From contig CAVZZO010000001.1 in NCBI GenBank assembly GCA_963779755.1, positions 1,824,001 through 1,888,000 of the forward strand: DNA of 64,000 bases, in the 5' to 3' direction. Below are positions 19,226 through 28,507 of the stretch, piece by piece; the stretch's first letter is position 1; each line of letters starts with the position of its first letter. This DNA is from an uncultured Gemmatimonadales bacterium (GTDB taxonomy: Bacteria > Gemmatimonadota > Gemmatimonadetes > Gemmatimonadales > GWC2-71-9). The notes beneath the pieces were generated by a model that saw nothing but the letters and a program-made list of their open reading frames with translations, did not search any database and was not told where the DNA came from. The position numbers and the translations under genes are program-made.

Positions 19226-20413
19226 GTGCCCGCCGCCGTCGCCGAGGCGCCCCTCCACCTCTCCCGTTCTCCCCTGCCGCCTGCTCCCGCCGCCGGCGCG
19301 AGCTTCACCGTTCTGGACATCACCAAGTCGTACGGCGACACCAGCGGCGGGGTGAAGACCTATCTTCGCGAGAAGGGCCGCTATGTCGCGGCCCGTCCCG
19401 GCCTGCGGCAGGTGGTGGTGGTCCCCGGCGCGCAGGACGCCGTCGCGGACGAGCCGGGCAGCCGCTGGTACCGGTTGCGGGGACGGCCGGTCCCCTTTCA
19501 GCCGCCGTACCGGTTTCTACTCTCGACCGCCAAGGTCGCGCGGATCGCGCGGCACGAGCATCCCAGCGTGGTCGAAGTGGGCAGCCCCTTCTTCGTGCCC
19601 TGGGTGGTCCGCCGCGCGTTACGCGACCTGGCTATCCCCCGGGTCTGGTTCTACCATGGCCATCTGCCGGGAATCTTTCCCGCCCCGGCCTGGCTCACTC
19701 GGCGGTACGTCCGCCGGTTGAGCCGTCTCTATGATCGGGTCCTTGTCGCCAGCGACTTTGCGGCCGACGCACTGCGCGACTATGGCGTGGACAATGTCGC
19801 TCGCGTGCCCCTCGGCGTGGATCTCGACCTCTTTCATCCCCGGCGCCGCGTATGCCGGGAGCGGGTCCGGGAACGCCTCGGACTCGGAGCGGGGCCGCTG
19901 GTGCTCTATGCCGGGCGGATTGCCGGGGAGAAGGGGCTGGGCCTGGTGCTGGAAGCCTGGAAAGAGGTTGAGCGGCGCAGCCCGGCCACGCTGGTGCTGG
20001 TGGGCGACGGGCCCTCGGCGCAACGCTATCGCGCGCGCGCCGGGGCCGCCCGGATTCGCTGGCTGCCCTACGAGCGCGATCGCGCGCGCTTCGCCGATCT
20101 GCTGGCGGCCGCCGATCTGTACCTTGCCCCCGGGCCCAACGAGACCTTCGGCCTGTCGGTGCTCGAAGCCATGGCGTCCGGGGTGCCGGTGGTATCGGTT
20201 GCCGCCGGCGGCGGCGCCGAACTGGTGCGGCGCGCCGGGGCCGGGGAGCTCTACCAGGCCAGCCCGGCCGATGCGGCGGCCGCCGTGCTCCGCGCGTTGG
20301 ACCGGGGGGCAGGCGCTGCACCGGGCGGAGTGCGCGCCTGGGTGGAGCGGGAACACAGCTGGACCCACGCCTTCGACCGGCTGTTCCAGATCTATTACGG
20401 CCTCTCCTCGTGA
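19226..20413 (+). CDS. Glycosyltransferase family 4 (GT-B, mannosyltransferase-like)
   Basis: Motifs SGGVKTY, GVDLDLF, YAGRIAGEKG and ETFGLSVLEAMASG. Start is approximate. Confidence 0.88.
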   Translation: MPAAVAEAPLHLSRSPLPPAPAAGASFTVLDITKSYGDTSGGVKTYLREKGRYVAARPGLRQVVVVPGAQDAVADEPGSRWYRLRGRPVPFQPPYRFLLSTAKVARIARHEHPSVVEVGSPFFVPWVVRRALRDLAIPRVWFYHGHLPGIFPAPAWLTRRYVRRLSRLYDRVLVASDFAADALRDYGVDNVARVPLGVDLDLFHPRRRVCRERVRERLGLGAGPLVLYAGRIAGEKGLGLVLEAWKEVERRSPATLVLVGDGPSAQRYRARAGAARIRWLPYERDRARFADLLAAADLYLAPGPNETFGLSVLEAMASGVPVVSVAAGGGAELVRRAGAGELYQASPADAAAAVLRALDRGAGAAPGGVRAWVEREHSWTHAFDRLFQIYYGLSS

Positions 20414-21339
20414 CCTTTGCCGAAGCCAACCTGGTCTGTCTGGCGCTGGTGGCGGCCGACCTCGCCGCCCGCGCGGTGCGGATTCAGTGGTTTCTGCGCG
20501 GACTGGGCTATCGGCTCCGGTTCCTCGACGCGCTGGCGATTAATGCCGTGGGCGACGCCGCCTGCGGGCTGACCCCCTTGCGGATCGGGGGGGAGCCCAG
20601 CCGGCTGGCGATGATGCTGCGCTCGCGCATTCCCGCCACGGCCGCCTTCGTGGCCATCGGCTATGAAGTCCTGGCGGCCTGGCCGGTGATCATTCTCAGT
20701 GCCGCGGTGCTGATTCTCGGGTGGGCCCCCGAATGGTGGGCCAGCGTGAAGCCCAACCTGGTGCATGCCGGCCGCGAGCTGGGGCCCTGGATGCTGGTCA
20801 TCGCGGTCCTGACCGTGCTGGCCTGGTTCTGGGTGCGGCGCCGGGCCCCGGCGGCAACCCACCAGCTGCGCCGCCCGCTCCGTCGCACCCTGGTGCACTG
20901 GCGGCGCATGGCCAAGTGGCCCCTCTTCGCCAGCGGGCCGCTCACCCTGGTGAATGTGGTGGCTCGTGTCGCCATGCTTCCGGTGCTGGCGCTCACGCTG
21001 CCGCATCCCCCGCCGCTCGGCCCCACCGTGGTGGGCTCGTTCGCGCTGCTCTACAGCCAGCTCATCCTGCCCACGCCCTCGGGCGCCGGGGCCGTCGATC
21101 TCGGCTTTCTGGCCGGCGCCGCCGGTGACCTGGGCGGCGACCAGGCGCGCCTGCTGCTGCTCTGGCGGCTCTACACCAGCGGTATCGGCGTGGCACTCGG
21201 GCTGATTATCGGGATACGGATCTACGGCTGGGCGGCGCTGCGGGGGCTGCTGGGACGGCCGGGCGGCGTGAATGTGGTGCGCCCCGGAGAACGCGACCCG
21301 ACTGAACAGCGGGAATGGGGAGCGGGGAAAAGGGAATAG
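20410..21339 (+). CDS. Lysylphosphatidylglycerol synthase TM-region / flippase-like membrane protein
   Basis: Multi-TM protein with TPLRIGGEP, PTPSGAG and WRLYT. Confidence 0.8.
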   Translation: MTFAEANLVCLALVAADLAARAVRIQWFLRGLGYRLRFLDALAINAVGDAACGLTPLRIGGEPSRLAMMLRSRIPATAAFVAIGYEVLAAWPVIILSAAVLILGWAPEWWASVKPNLVHAGRELGPWMLVIAVLTVLAWFWVRRRAPAATHQLRRPLRRTLVHWRRMAKWPLFASGPLTLVNVVARVAMLPVLALTLPHPPPLGPTVVGSFALLYSQLILPTPSGAGAVDLGFLAGAAGDLGGDQARLLLLWRLYTSGIGVALGLIIGIRIYGWAALRGLLGRPGGVNVVRPGERDPTEQREWGAGKRE

Positions 21340-21389
21340 AAAGCGTGCGCTACCGTTTCCCCCGCTTCGTTCTAGGTTCCCTGCGTTGT

Positions 21390-21445
21390 CCGATTCCCGA
21401 TTCCCGATTCCCGATTCCCGATTCCCGATTCCCGATTCCCGATCC
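21390..21445. repeat. Perfect heptamer tandem (CCGATTC)x7 plus one imperfect unit
   Basis: Counted directly. A partly complementary purine arm (gggaat/gggagc) lies at about 21310-21340. Confidence 0.9.
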
Positions 21446-21456
21446 CTGTCCCTGAT

Positions 21457-22860
21457 ATGCGAACCGAACGCGATCCTCTTGGCGAGAAGCAGGTCCCCGA
21501 CGAGGCGCTGTACGGAATACAGACTCTCCGCGCCCGCGAAAACTTCCCCATCAGCGGCCTGCTCCCGCTGCCGGATTTTGTGGATGCGGTGGTGTGGATC
21601 AAGCGGGCCGCCGCACTGACCCATAAGGAAACCGGCCGGCTGGAGCCGCGCCTGGCCGATGCCATTGTGCAGGCGGCCGACGAAGTGCTGGGGGGGCAGC
21701 ATCGCGACCAGTTCGTGGTCGACCCTTACCAGGCCGGCGCCGGCACCAGCCACAACATGAACGTGAACGAAGTCCTGGCCAACCGGGCCAACGAGCTGCT
21801 GGGCTCGGCGCGGGGCGCGTACCAGCCGGTCCATCCCAATGATCACGTCAACATGGCGCAGAGCACCAATGACGTGATCCCCACCGCCATGCGGCTCGGC
21901 ACCCTGGCAAGGCTGCCGCACCTCCTGGATGCCCTGGAGCGGCTGGGCACGGCGCTGCTGGCGCAGGGGAAGGCGCTCGACGATATCATAAAGTCGGGCC
22001 GGACCCACCTGCAGGACGCCACTCCCATTCGCCTGGGGCAGGAGTTCACCGCCTACGGCCATACGGTGGAACGACACCGCGCCAAGCTGGCGCAGGCCGC
22101 CGGGTGGTTGCGCCCGCTCAATATCGGCGGCACCGCGGTGGGAACCGGCCTGAACGCCGAGCCCGCGTATCCCGGCCTGATGGTGAAGCATCTGCGGCAG
22201 ATCACCGGCCTGGAGCTGTCGGAAGGGGAGGATCGGGTGCAGCTCATGCAGTCCATGGGCGATATCGCGAGCTTCAGCGGCGCCCTGCGGTCGTATGTGC
22301 TGGATCTCAACAAGATCGCCAACGACATCCGGCTGCTCTCCTCGGGCCCGCGAACCGGCCTGGCCGAGATCAACCTGCCGCCGGTCCAGCCGGGCTCCAG
22401 CATCATGCCCGGCAAGGTGAACCCGTCCATTGCCGAGATGGTCAACCAGGTCTGCTACCAGGCCCTGGGTCTCGATCTCACGGTGGCGGTGGCGGCGGAG
22501 GCGGGCCAGCTCGAGCTCAACGTGATGATGCCGGTCATCACCCACAACATCCTCTTTGCCATGCGCATCGTGGAGAACGCCTCGCGCGTGTTCGCCGAGC
22601 GGTGCATCGAGGGGCTGACGGCCGATGCGAAGCAGTGCGCCTACTGGCTGGAGCGCAGCCCGGCCATCGTGACCGCCCTCGCGCCCACGATCGGCTACGC
22701 CGAGGCGGCCAAACTGGCCAAGGAGGCCGTGGCCGAAGGCCTGACCGTCCGGGCGCTGGTCCGGAAGAAGGGGGTGCTGAGCGGCGACGACCTGGAGCGG
22801 ATACTGGATCTGCGGGCCATGACCGAACTGGGGGTGCCCGGCGGCCCCCACGGGAGCTGA
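21457..22860 (+). CDS. aspA: Aspartate ammonia-lyase (fumarase/aspartase family)
   Basis: Motifs GAGTSHNMNVNE, QSTND, GRTHLQDA and GSSIMPGKVNP. Confidence 0.85.
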   Translation: MRTERDPLGEKQVPDEALYGIQTLRARENFPISGLLPLPDFVDAVVWIKRAAALTHKETGRLEPRLADAIVQAADEVLGGQHRDQFVVDPYQAGAGTSHNMNVNEVLANRANELLGSARGAYQPVHPNDHVNMAQSTNDVIPTAMRLGTLARLPHLLDALERLGTALLAQGKALDDIIKSGRTHLQDATPIRLGQEFTAYGHTVERHRAKLAQAAGWLRPLNIGGTAVGTGLNAEPAYPGLMVKHLRQITGLELSEGEDRVQLMQSMGDIASFSGALRSYVLDLNKIANDIRLLSSGPRTGLAEINLPPVQPGSSIMPGKVNPSIAEMVNQVCYQALGLDLTVAVAAEAGQLELNVMMPVITHNILFAMRIVENASRVFAERCIEGLTADAKQCAYWLERSPAIVTALAPTIGYAEAAKLAKEAVAEGLTVRALVRKKGVLSGDDLERILDLRAMTELGVPGGPHGS

Positions 22861-22871
22861 GCCCGCCTTCC

Positions 22872-22900
22872 TTGCTGCGGGCGGTCCCCGGCTCCATATT
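22872..22900 (+). promoter_or_regulatory. Sigma70-like leaderless-type promoter of the Rrf2 gene
   Basis: TTGCTG-N17-CATATT, 6 nt before the ATG. Confidence 0.5.
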
Positions 22901-22906
22901 GGGGGT

Positions 22907-23365
22907 ATGCGCGTCACAACCTGGACGGAATACAGCCTGATCATCTCGATCCATCTGGCCCGGCGGGCCGGCGCCGGGCTGGGCCCCATGCCTGCACGTG
23001 AGCTCGCCGAGCAGGAAAAACTCCCGGCCGATTACGTGGAGCAGATCCTGCTGCGGCTCCGCCGCGCCGGGCTGGTCGAAAGCGTCCGCGGCGCCCGGGG
23101 CGGTTACTCCCTTGCCGGCGACCCGGCCCAGCTCTCGGTGCGCGACATCATGAGCGCCTCCGAGCACCAGACCTTCGAGGTCAACTGTTCCACCCATCCC
23201 GTGGACGGATCCCGCTGCGATCCCGGATCGGGGTGCAGCATCCGCCCGGTCTGGCAGGCCCTGCAGCACCGGGTCGACGAGTTCCTCGGCAGCGTCACGC
23301 TGGCCGACCTCCTGCACGAAGAGGCCCAGGTGTCGGAACTGGTCGGGATCGCGCCCCAGCAGTGA
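22907..23365 (+). CDS. Rrf2-family transcriptional regulator (three C-terminal Cys, possible Fe-S ligands)
   Basis: YVEQILLRLRRAGLVESVRGARGGY followed by C-x9-C-x5-C. Confidence 0.9.
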   Translation: MRVTTWTEYSLIISIHLARRAGAGLGPMPARELAEQEKLPADYVEQILLRLRRAGLVESVRGARGGYSLAGDPAQLSVRDIMSASEHQTFEVNCSTHPVDGSRCDPGSGCSIRPVWQALQHRVDEFLGSVTLADLLHEEAQVSELVGIAPQQ

Positions 23366-23401
23366 TTGCAGCGCCCGGCTGTCCAGCCGGTTGATGGCTC
23401 C

Positions 23402-24550
23402 GTGTCCTCCCCGTCTCTTCCCGAGCTCGATGCAGCGGAGCTGCTGCGCTATTCGCGGCACCTCCTGCTTCCCGGTGTCGGCCTCGAAGGCCAGCGCCGG
23501 CTGAAAGCCGCCCGCGTCCTGTTGGTGGGCGCCGGCGGCCTGGGATCGCCCGCGGCGCTCTATCTTGCCGCGGCCGGGGTCGGCACGCTGGGTATCGCCG
23601 AATTCGACCAGGTAGACCTCACCAACCTCCAGCGGCAGGTGCTGCACGGCACCGGCGATGTGGGGCGCCCCAAGCTGGACTCCGCCACCGACCGGCTGGG
23701 CGACCTCAATCCCAACGTCACCGTAGTGCCCGAGCCGGGCCGCCTTACCTCCGGGAACGCCCTGGAGGTGGTGGGCCGCTACGACCTGGTGCTCGACGGC
23801 TCCGACAACTTTCCCACCCGCTACCTGGTGAATGACGCCTGCGTGCTGGCCGGGCGGCCCACGGTGTACGGCAGCGTCTTCCGCTTCGAGGGGCAGGTCT
23901 CGGTCTTCGACGCGCGGCGCGGCCCCTGTTATCGCTGTCTCTTCGCGGAGCCGCCCCCCCCGGGACTGGTGCCTTCCTGCGCCGAGGGCGGGGTGCTGGG
24001 CGTGCTGCCGGGCATCATCGGCAGTCTTCAGGCCCTGGAAGCCATCAAGCTGATTCTGGATCTTGGCGAGCCGCTGATCGGCCGGTTGCTGATGTTCGAT
24101 GCGCTGGCGCTCCAGTTCCGGGAAATCGCGCTGCGCAAGGATCCCGATTGCCCGGTGTGCGGCACCGCGCCCACCCAGCGGGAACTGATCGACTACGAGG
24201 CCTTCTGCGGACTGGGCGGGGCAGGGGCGGAGGGCCTGGAGATCAGCGTGGATGAGCTGGCTGCCCTGCTGGACGGCAAGGGAAACGCCCCGGTGCTGCT
24301 CGATGTGCGGGAACCGTTCGAGTGGCAGCTCGTCCGGCTGCCGCACGCCGTGCATGTCCCGCTGGGCGAGCTTCCCGCCCGCCTGCGCGAACTGGAGACC
24401 GGCCGCGAGATCATCACCTACTGCCATTCCGGTGTGCGTTCGCTGCAGGCGGTGAGCCTGCTGCGCGGGGCCGGATTCGCGGCCCGGAGCCTGGCGGGGG
24501 GAATCGATGCCTGGGCCCGGCAGCGCGATCCGGCGATGGTGCGCTACTGA
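23402..24550 (+). CDS. moeB: ThiF/MoeB adenylyltransferase with a C-terminal rhodanese domain (MoeZ-like)
   Basis: Motifs RYSRH, GAGGLG, TNLQRQ, CYRC, CPVC and rhodanese YCHSGVRS. Start is either 23366 or 23402. Confidence 0.88.
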   Translation: MSSPSLPELDAAELLRYSRHLLLPGVGLEGQRRLKAARVLLVGAGGLGSPAALYLAAAGVGTLGIAEFDQVDLTNLQRQVLHGTGDVGRPKLDSATDRLGDLNPNVTVVPEPGRLTSGNALEVVGRYDLVLDGSDNFPTRYLVNDACVLAGRPTVYGSVFRFEGQVSVFDARRGPCYRCLFAEPPPPGLVPSCAEGGVLGVLPGIIGSLQALEAIKLILDLGEPLIGRLLMFDALALQFREIALRKDPDCPVCGTAPTQRELIDYEAFCGLGGAGAEGLEISVDELAALLDGKGNAPVLLDVREPFEWQLVRLPHAVHVPLGELPARLRELETGREIITYCHSGVRSLQAVSLLRGAGFAARSLAGGIDAWARQRDPAMVRY

Positions 24551-24637
24551 TAGCCCGGAGCTTGCCGGCGCCTCCCGAACGCGTGTCCGGTGAGCGACTC
24601 GCCGGCCCAATGGCGTTGCTGCCGCTCTCCTGCCAGG

Positions 24638-25060
24638 CTACTGCCGGACTGCGGTGAAAATCCCGGTTGCGACCACGCCACCCTGCAGCCACCGGGCATT
24701 GCCACTCAACGTACTGCCGTTGAGTGTTCCGTCCAGCCGCTTTTCGTCGGGCTGCTGGTCGAGGAAGATCGTGCCCCCGGCCGAGCCGGCGGAGCCCGTG
24801 AGAGTGCCGCTGGGGAAGGTGTAGGTAGGAATCAGGGGGCAGGTCACGTCGGCGGAGCCGTGGGTGCCGCTGAGCGTGGCCTGCGTCTCCTGGATAGTGA
24901 CCGTGATGTCGGTGATGGCGCAGTCGCCCGTGCCGGAAATGGCCATGCCGGAGAACGAGACGGTCCAGCTGCCGGAGAGATCGACTGTCGTGGGCCCGGT
25001 GTCGTTGCCACCACAGGCCGCGATCACGATAGCCACTGCCGCTATCAGCATCCGTTTCAT
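24638..25060 (-). CDS. Hypothetical lipoprotein (beta-rich)
   Basis: Signal peptide and lipobox MKRMLIAAVAIVIAAC, with AGGAG upstream. Confidence 0.75.
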   Translation of the reverse strand: MKRMLIAAVAIVIAACGGNDTGPTTVDLSGSWTVSFSGMAISGTGDCAITDITVTIQETQATLSGTHGSADVTCPLIPTYTFPSGTLTGSAGSAGGTIFLDQQPDEKRLDGTLNGSTLSGNARWLQGGVVATGIFTAVRQ

Positions 25061-25163
25061 TGCGCGCTCCTGTGGCGCGTGGCATGACCCACGATGGTGT
25101 GCGATTCTGAGCCGGGGGAACTTGCGGGTGAACCTACCGGCCGACGGCGGGTCCGCAAGAGGC

Positions 25164-25192
25164 AAGAAAAATCCCGGGTGGGAGCCCGGGAT
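25164..25192 (-). terminator. Intrinsic terminator after tRNA-Leu
   Basis: ATCCCGGG-ctccca-CCCGGGAT followed by a T run. Confidence 0.7.
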
Positions 25193-25196
25193 GGAA

Positions 25197-25280
25197 TGCC
25201 GAAGGGGGGATTCGAACCCCCACGGGCTTGCGCCCACTGCGCCCTGAACGCAGCGCGTCTACCAATTCCACCACTTCGGC
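25197..25280 (-). tRNA. tRNA-Leu (anticodon CAG); CCA not encoded
   Basis: Acceptor stem GCCGAAG...CTTCGGC-A, D arm TGGTGGAATTGGTAGAC, anticodon arm CTGCG-TTCAGGG-CGCAG, long variable arm, and GTTCGAATC. Confidence 0.95.
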
Positions 25281-25379
25281 GTTTGGGGGAGCGGAAGCTA
25301 GGCAAACAGGCGGCGTCCGACAAGGGCCCACGGATCAGGTGTGCAATCGTGTAGACGGGCGACCCCTTCGCCGCCGCCT

Positions 25380-25431
25380 CCTGATTCCGCTTCCCTGGTC
25401 CCTGATTCCTGATTCCTGCTTCCTGGTCCCT
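25380..25431. repeat. Degenerate heptamer tandem (CCTGATT/CCTGGTC)
   Basis: cctgattccgcttccctggtccctgattcctgattcctgcttcctggtccc. Confidence 0.7.
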
Positions 25432-25435
25432 TCTG

Positions 25436-25464
25436 TTGACCGCACCGAACTCCAAGCCTACATT
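25436..25464 (+). promoter_or_regulatory. Sigma70-like promoter of the smpB operon
   Basis: TTGACC-N17-TACATT, 9 nt before the GTG. Confidence 0.6.
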
Positions 25465-25473
25465 CGAGTTACA

Positions 25474-25956
25474 GTGTCGGCCAAACCGCCCGAGCCCGGG
25501 GAGGGCAAACGCTCGATCGCCCGGAACCCGCGGGCGACGCATGACTACCACATCCTGGAGACGTGGGAGGCGGGAATTGCGCTGACCGGCACGGAGGTGA
25601 AGTCGTTGCGCAGCGGCAAGGGATCGATCAAGGAAGCCTTTGGCCGCATCAGCCGGGGCGAAGTCTTTCTGGAAGGCATGAACATCACCCCGTACGAACA
25701 GGGCAACCGCTACAACCACGATCCGGTGCGCAGCCGCAAGCTGCTGCTGCACCGGAAGGAAATCGAGCGGCTGATCGGCGCGGTCGAGCAGAAGGGGCTC
25801 GCGCTGATCCCGCTGGAGCTGTATTTCCGCCGGGGCCGTGCCAAGGTGACCCTCGCATTGGGCCGCGGCAAGAAGCAGCACGACCGGCGGGAAGACATCA
25901 AGCGCCGCATGGCCGATCGTGAAATGGCCCGCGCATTGCGCTGGAAGAACACATGA
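25474..25956 (+). CDS. smpB: SsrA-binding protein
   Basis: EAGIALTGTEVKSLR, RKLLLHRKEI and GKKQHDRRE. Confidence 0.95.
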   Translation: MSAKPPEPGEGKRSIARNPRATHDYHILETWEAGIALTGTEVKSLRSGKGSIKEAFGRISRGEVFLEGMNITPYEQGNRYNHDPVRSRKLLLHRKEIERLIGAVEQKGLALIPLELYFRRGRAKVTLALGRGKKQHDRREDIKRRMADREMARALRWKNT

Positions 25957-27119
25957 TGCTTCCCCTGGTCGCGCTGCTGGCCCTGGTGCCCGCCTCGCCG
26001 CGCGCCCTGACCGTTTCCACCCCGCGGGGCGAGGCCACCCTGGCCGTGCACTACGACCTGAGCGGCGCGCCGGTGCTGGCGGCGCTCCCGCTGGCGGGCG
26101 CGCTCAACGCCACCCTGACTACCGGCGCGGGCTGGACCACGCTCTCGATCGCCCACCAGCCATTCCGCTTTCCGCTGGGCGCGCCGCTCGTCCTCTATCA
26201 GGGGCACCTGGAGCCGCTGGCGGCCGCGGCGTCCCTGGAACGGGACACGCTGTTCGTCCCGCTCCAGTTCGTCACCGAGCTCCTGCCACGGCTGTTCAGC
26301 GAACGATTCCGCTACGACGCCGATGCGTCCCGATTCCTCGAGTTGGGGCCCGCACGCACCCGGCCGAAGCGCCTGCCGAACGGATTGCTGCCGGGGCACG
26401 TGGTCACGGTGGATCCGGGCCACGGAGGGGTCGATCCCGGAAACCCCGGGCTGTACTTCCCCCGCGGCATCCGGGAGAAGGACGTCAATCTTCAGGTCGG
26501 GCTGGCGCTGCGCCGGGAACTGGAACAGCGGGGGATCAAGGTCGTCATGACCCGCACCACCGACACCTTGATCGACCTGTACGACCGGGGCGGGTACTGC
26601 GCGGAATCATGCGACCTGTTCGTGAGCCTGCACGTGAACTCCCTGGCCCGGCGGCGCGGGTATACCGCGGTCCGCGGGTTTGAGACCTATTTCCTGGCGG
26701 AGGCCAAGACGGAAGACGCCCAGCGGGTGGCCCGGATGGAAAACGACGCCATCCGGTTTGAAGCGCCCGCCTCGCAGGCGCGGCTCGGCGGCCTCGATTT
26801 TATCCTGCGCGACCTCCAGCTCAACGAATACCTGCGGGAGTCGGCCCGCCTGGCGGAGCTGGTCCAGAACCACATGGACCATGTGCACAACGGGCTGGAC
26901 CGGGGCGTCAAACAGGCCGGCTTCGTCGTGCTGACCACCGCTCAGCGTCCGGCGGTGCTGGTCGAGATGGGCTACAGCACGAACCGTGAGGATGCCAGGA
27001 TCATGTCGGAGAGGAAGGGGCAGCAGTCCCTGGCCTCCGCCATCGCGGACGCCGTGGTGGATTACCTCAAGGAATACGAGCGCAAGGCCGGACTCGCGCC
27101 GGCGGAGGGCTCGCGCTGA
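25953..27119 (+). CDS. N-acetylmuramoyl-L-alanine amidase (Amidase_3)
   Basis: Motifs DPGHGG, EKDVNL, SLHVNS and LVEMGY; N-terminal signal peptide. Confidence 0.9.
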   Translation: MMLPLVALLALVPASPRALTVSTPRGEATLAVHYDLSGAPVLAALPLAGALNATLTTGAGWTTLSIAHQPFRFPLGAPLVLYQGHLEPLAAAASLERDTLFVPLQFVTELLPRLFSERFRYDADASRFLELGPARTRPKRLPNGLLPGHVVTVDPGHGGVDPGNPGLYFPRGIREKDVNLQVGLALRRELEQRGIKVVMTRTTDTLIDLYDRGGYCAESCDLFVSLHVNSLARRRGYTAVRGFETYFLAEAKTEDAQRVARMENDAIRFEAPASQARLGGLDFILRDLQLNEYLRESARLAELVQNHMDHVHNGLDRGVKQAGFVVLTTAQRPAVLVEMGYSTNREDARIMSERKGQQSLASAIADAVVDYLKEYERKAGLAPAEGSR

Positions 27120-28507
27120 TGCGCCGCCGTCTGATCGCGGCCGTGTTCCTCCTGGCCGGATGCGTTTACTACAACGGGATGTACAACGCGCGGCGGCTCG
27201 CTCACGACGCCGAAAAGGCCGAACGGGAAGGTCGGACGTTCGATGCCGCCAGCCTCTGGGGGCAGGTCGGCGTCAAGACCGATACGGTGCTCGCCCGGCA
27301 TCCCCAGAGCAGCTGGGTGGACGATGCCGAGTACCTCCGGGGCAAGGCCTACGAACGGCTGGGCGACTGCAACAGCGCCCTGCCGTATCTCGAAGCCGTC
27401 CTGGCCCGCAGCCCCGACTCCACCCTGATCGAGCAATCCGCCCTGGTGCTGGGCGACTGCTATCAGAAGCTGGATCGGCCCACCGACGCCGGCCGGGTCT
27501 TCGCCCGCCTGCTGGCCAGCCCCGACACCGCCCGCCGCAATCAGGCCCTGTATCAGCACGGGCGATCCTTGCGGCTCAGCGGCAACTACCGTCAGGCGGT
27601 GACGGAGCTGTCGCGCAGCGGCTACCCGGCGGCCCGGGCGGAGCTGGTGGCTGCCCTGGCGGGGTCGGGGCAGATCGGGCCGGCCCGGGCCCTGGCCGAC
27701 TCACTCCGGATGGCGGGGGACACCACCGTCCCCTGGGGCGACGTGCTGGCGCTGATCGCCCGGTGGGACGAAGCCGCTGCGGGCGGGATGCTCGATTCCC
27801 TGCTGGTGGCGCCCGGCGTCGCGCCCGAGAGCCTCGCCGTCTGGCTGACCCAGGACGGTGAGCGGCTGTCGCAGACCGATCCCGGGGCCGCTAACCGGCG
27901 GCTTGAGCGCGCCGGCCAGGTCGCGGCGGGCACGCCGGCCGCCCGCGAGGCGGGCCTGGCCCGGCTGCGGGTGCAACTGCGCCTGGTGGATTCGCTCGCC
28001 GAACTCCGCCAGCTGACCACCCTGCTGCAGCAGCAGGTGCAACTGGGCGGCGCCCAGGCGCTCGAGACCGGGGCGCTGCTGCGCAATGCGGAACTGATCG
28101 TGGCGGCGGTGGATTCCTCGCACGCGGGCCACGGGCCGCCCGATCTGCAGCTGTTCTTCGCGGCCGAGATCGTCCGCGACAGTCTCCACGCCGAGCGGCT
28201 CGCCGGCCGTCTGTTTCAGGAGGTGGTGGCGGAGGATTCGCTCTCGCCCTTCGCCCCCAAGGCGCTGCTGGCGCTGGGCGCCCTGCAGCCGTCCCGGCTC
28301 GATTCGCTGGGGCAGGTGCTGGAGCAGCACTATCCCGACAGTCCGTATCTCGCCTTCATCCGCGGCGATTCCGCCTCCGGCTTCGCCGCGCTGGAAGACT
28401 CGATGCGGGTCTTCGGTGTGGCCTTCCGGGCCGCGTTCCAGCCCTCGCGCGGCCAGCGGCGAGCCGATGACGCGCCCGGCGCGGGCGGACGGCGGCCGAT
28501 CCAGTAA
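27119..28507 (+). CDS. TPR-repeat lipoprotein
   Basis: Lipobox LAGC followed by VYYNGMYNA; helical TPR-like repeats. Confidence 0.75.
   Translation: MRRRLIAAVFLLAGCVYYNGMYNARRLAHDAEKAEREGRTFDAASLWGQVGVKTDTVLARHPQSSWVDDAEYLRGKAYERLGDCNSALPYLEAVLARSPDSTLIEQSALVLGDCYQKLDRPTDAGRVFARLLASPDTARRNQALYQHGRSLRLSGNYRQAVTELSRSGYPAARAELVAALAGSGQIGPARALADSLRMAGDTTVPWGDVLALIARWDEAAAGGMLDSLLVAPGVAPESLAVWLTQDGERLSQTDPGAANRRLERAGQVAAGTPAAREAGLARLRVQLRLVDSLAELRQLTTLLQQQVQLGGAQALETGALLRNAELIVAAVDSSHAGHGPPDLQLFFAAEIVRDSLHAERLAGRLFQEVVAEDSLSPFAPKALLALGALQPSRLDSLGQVLEQHYPDSPYLAFIRGDSASGFAALEDSMRVFGVAFRAAFQPSRGQRRADDAPGAGGRRPIQ

Noticed and set aside
21390..21445. Tandem repeats as a possible CRISPR array
   Set aside because: The units are 7 nt with no spacers, and no cas genes are present.
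25281..25473. tmRNA next to smpB
   Set aside because: No tRNA-Ala-like ends or tag reading frame are visible. The space holds only a promoter and heptamer repeats.
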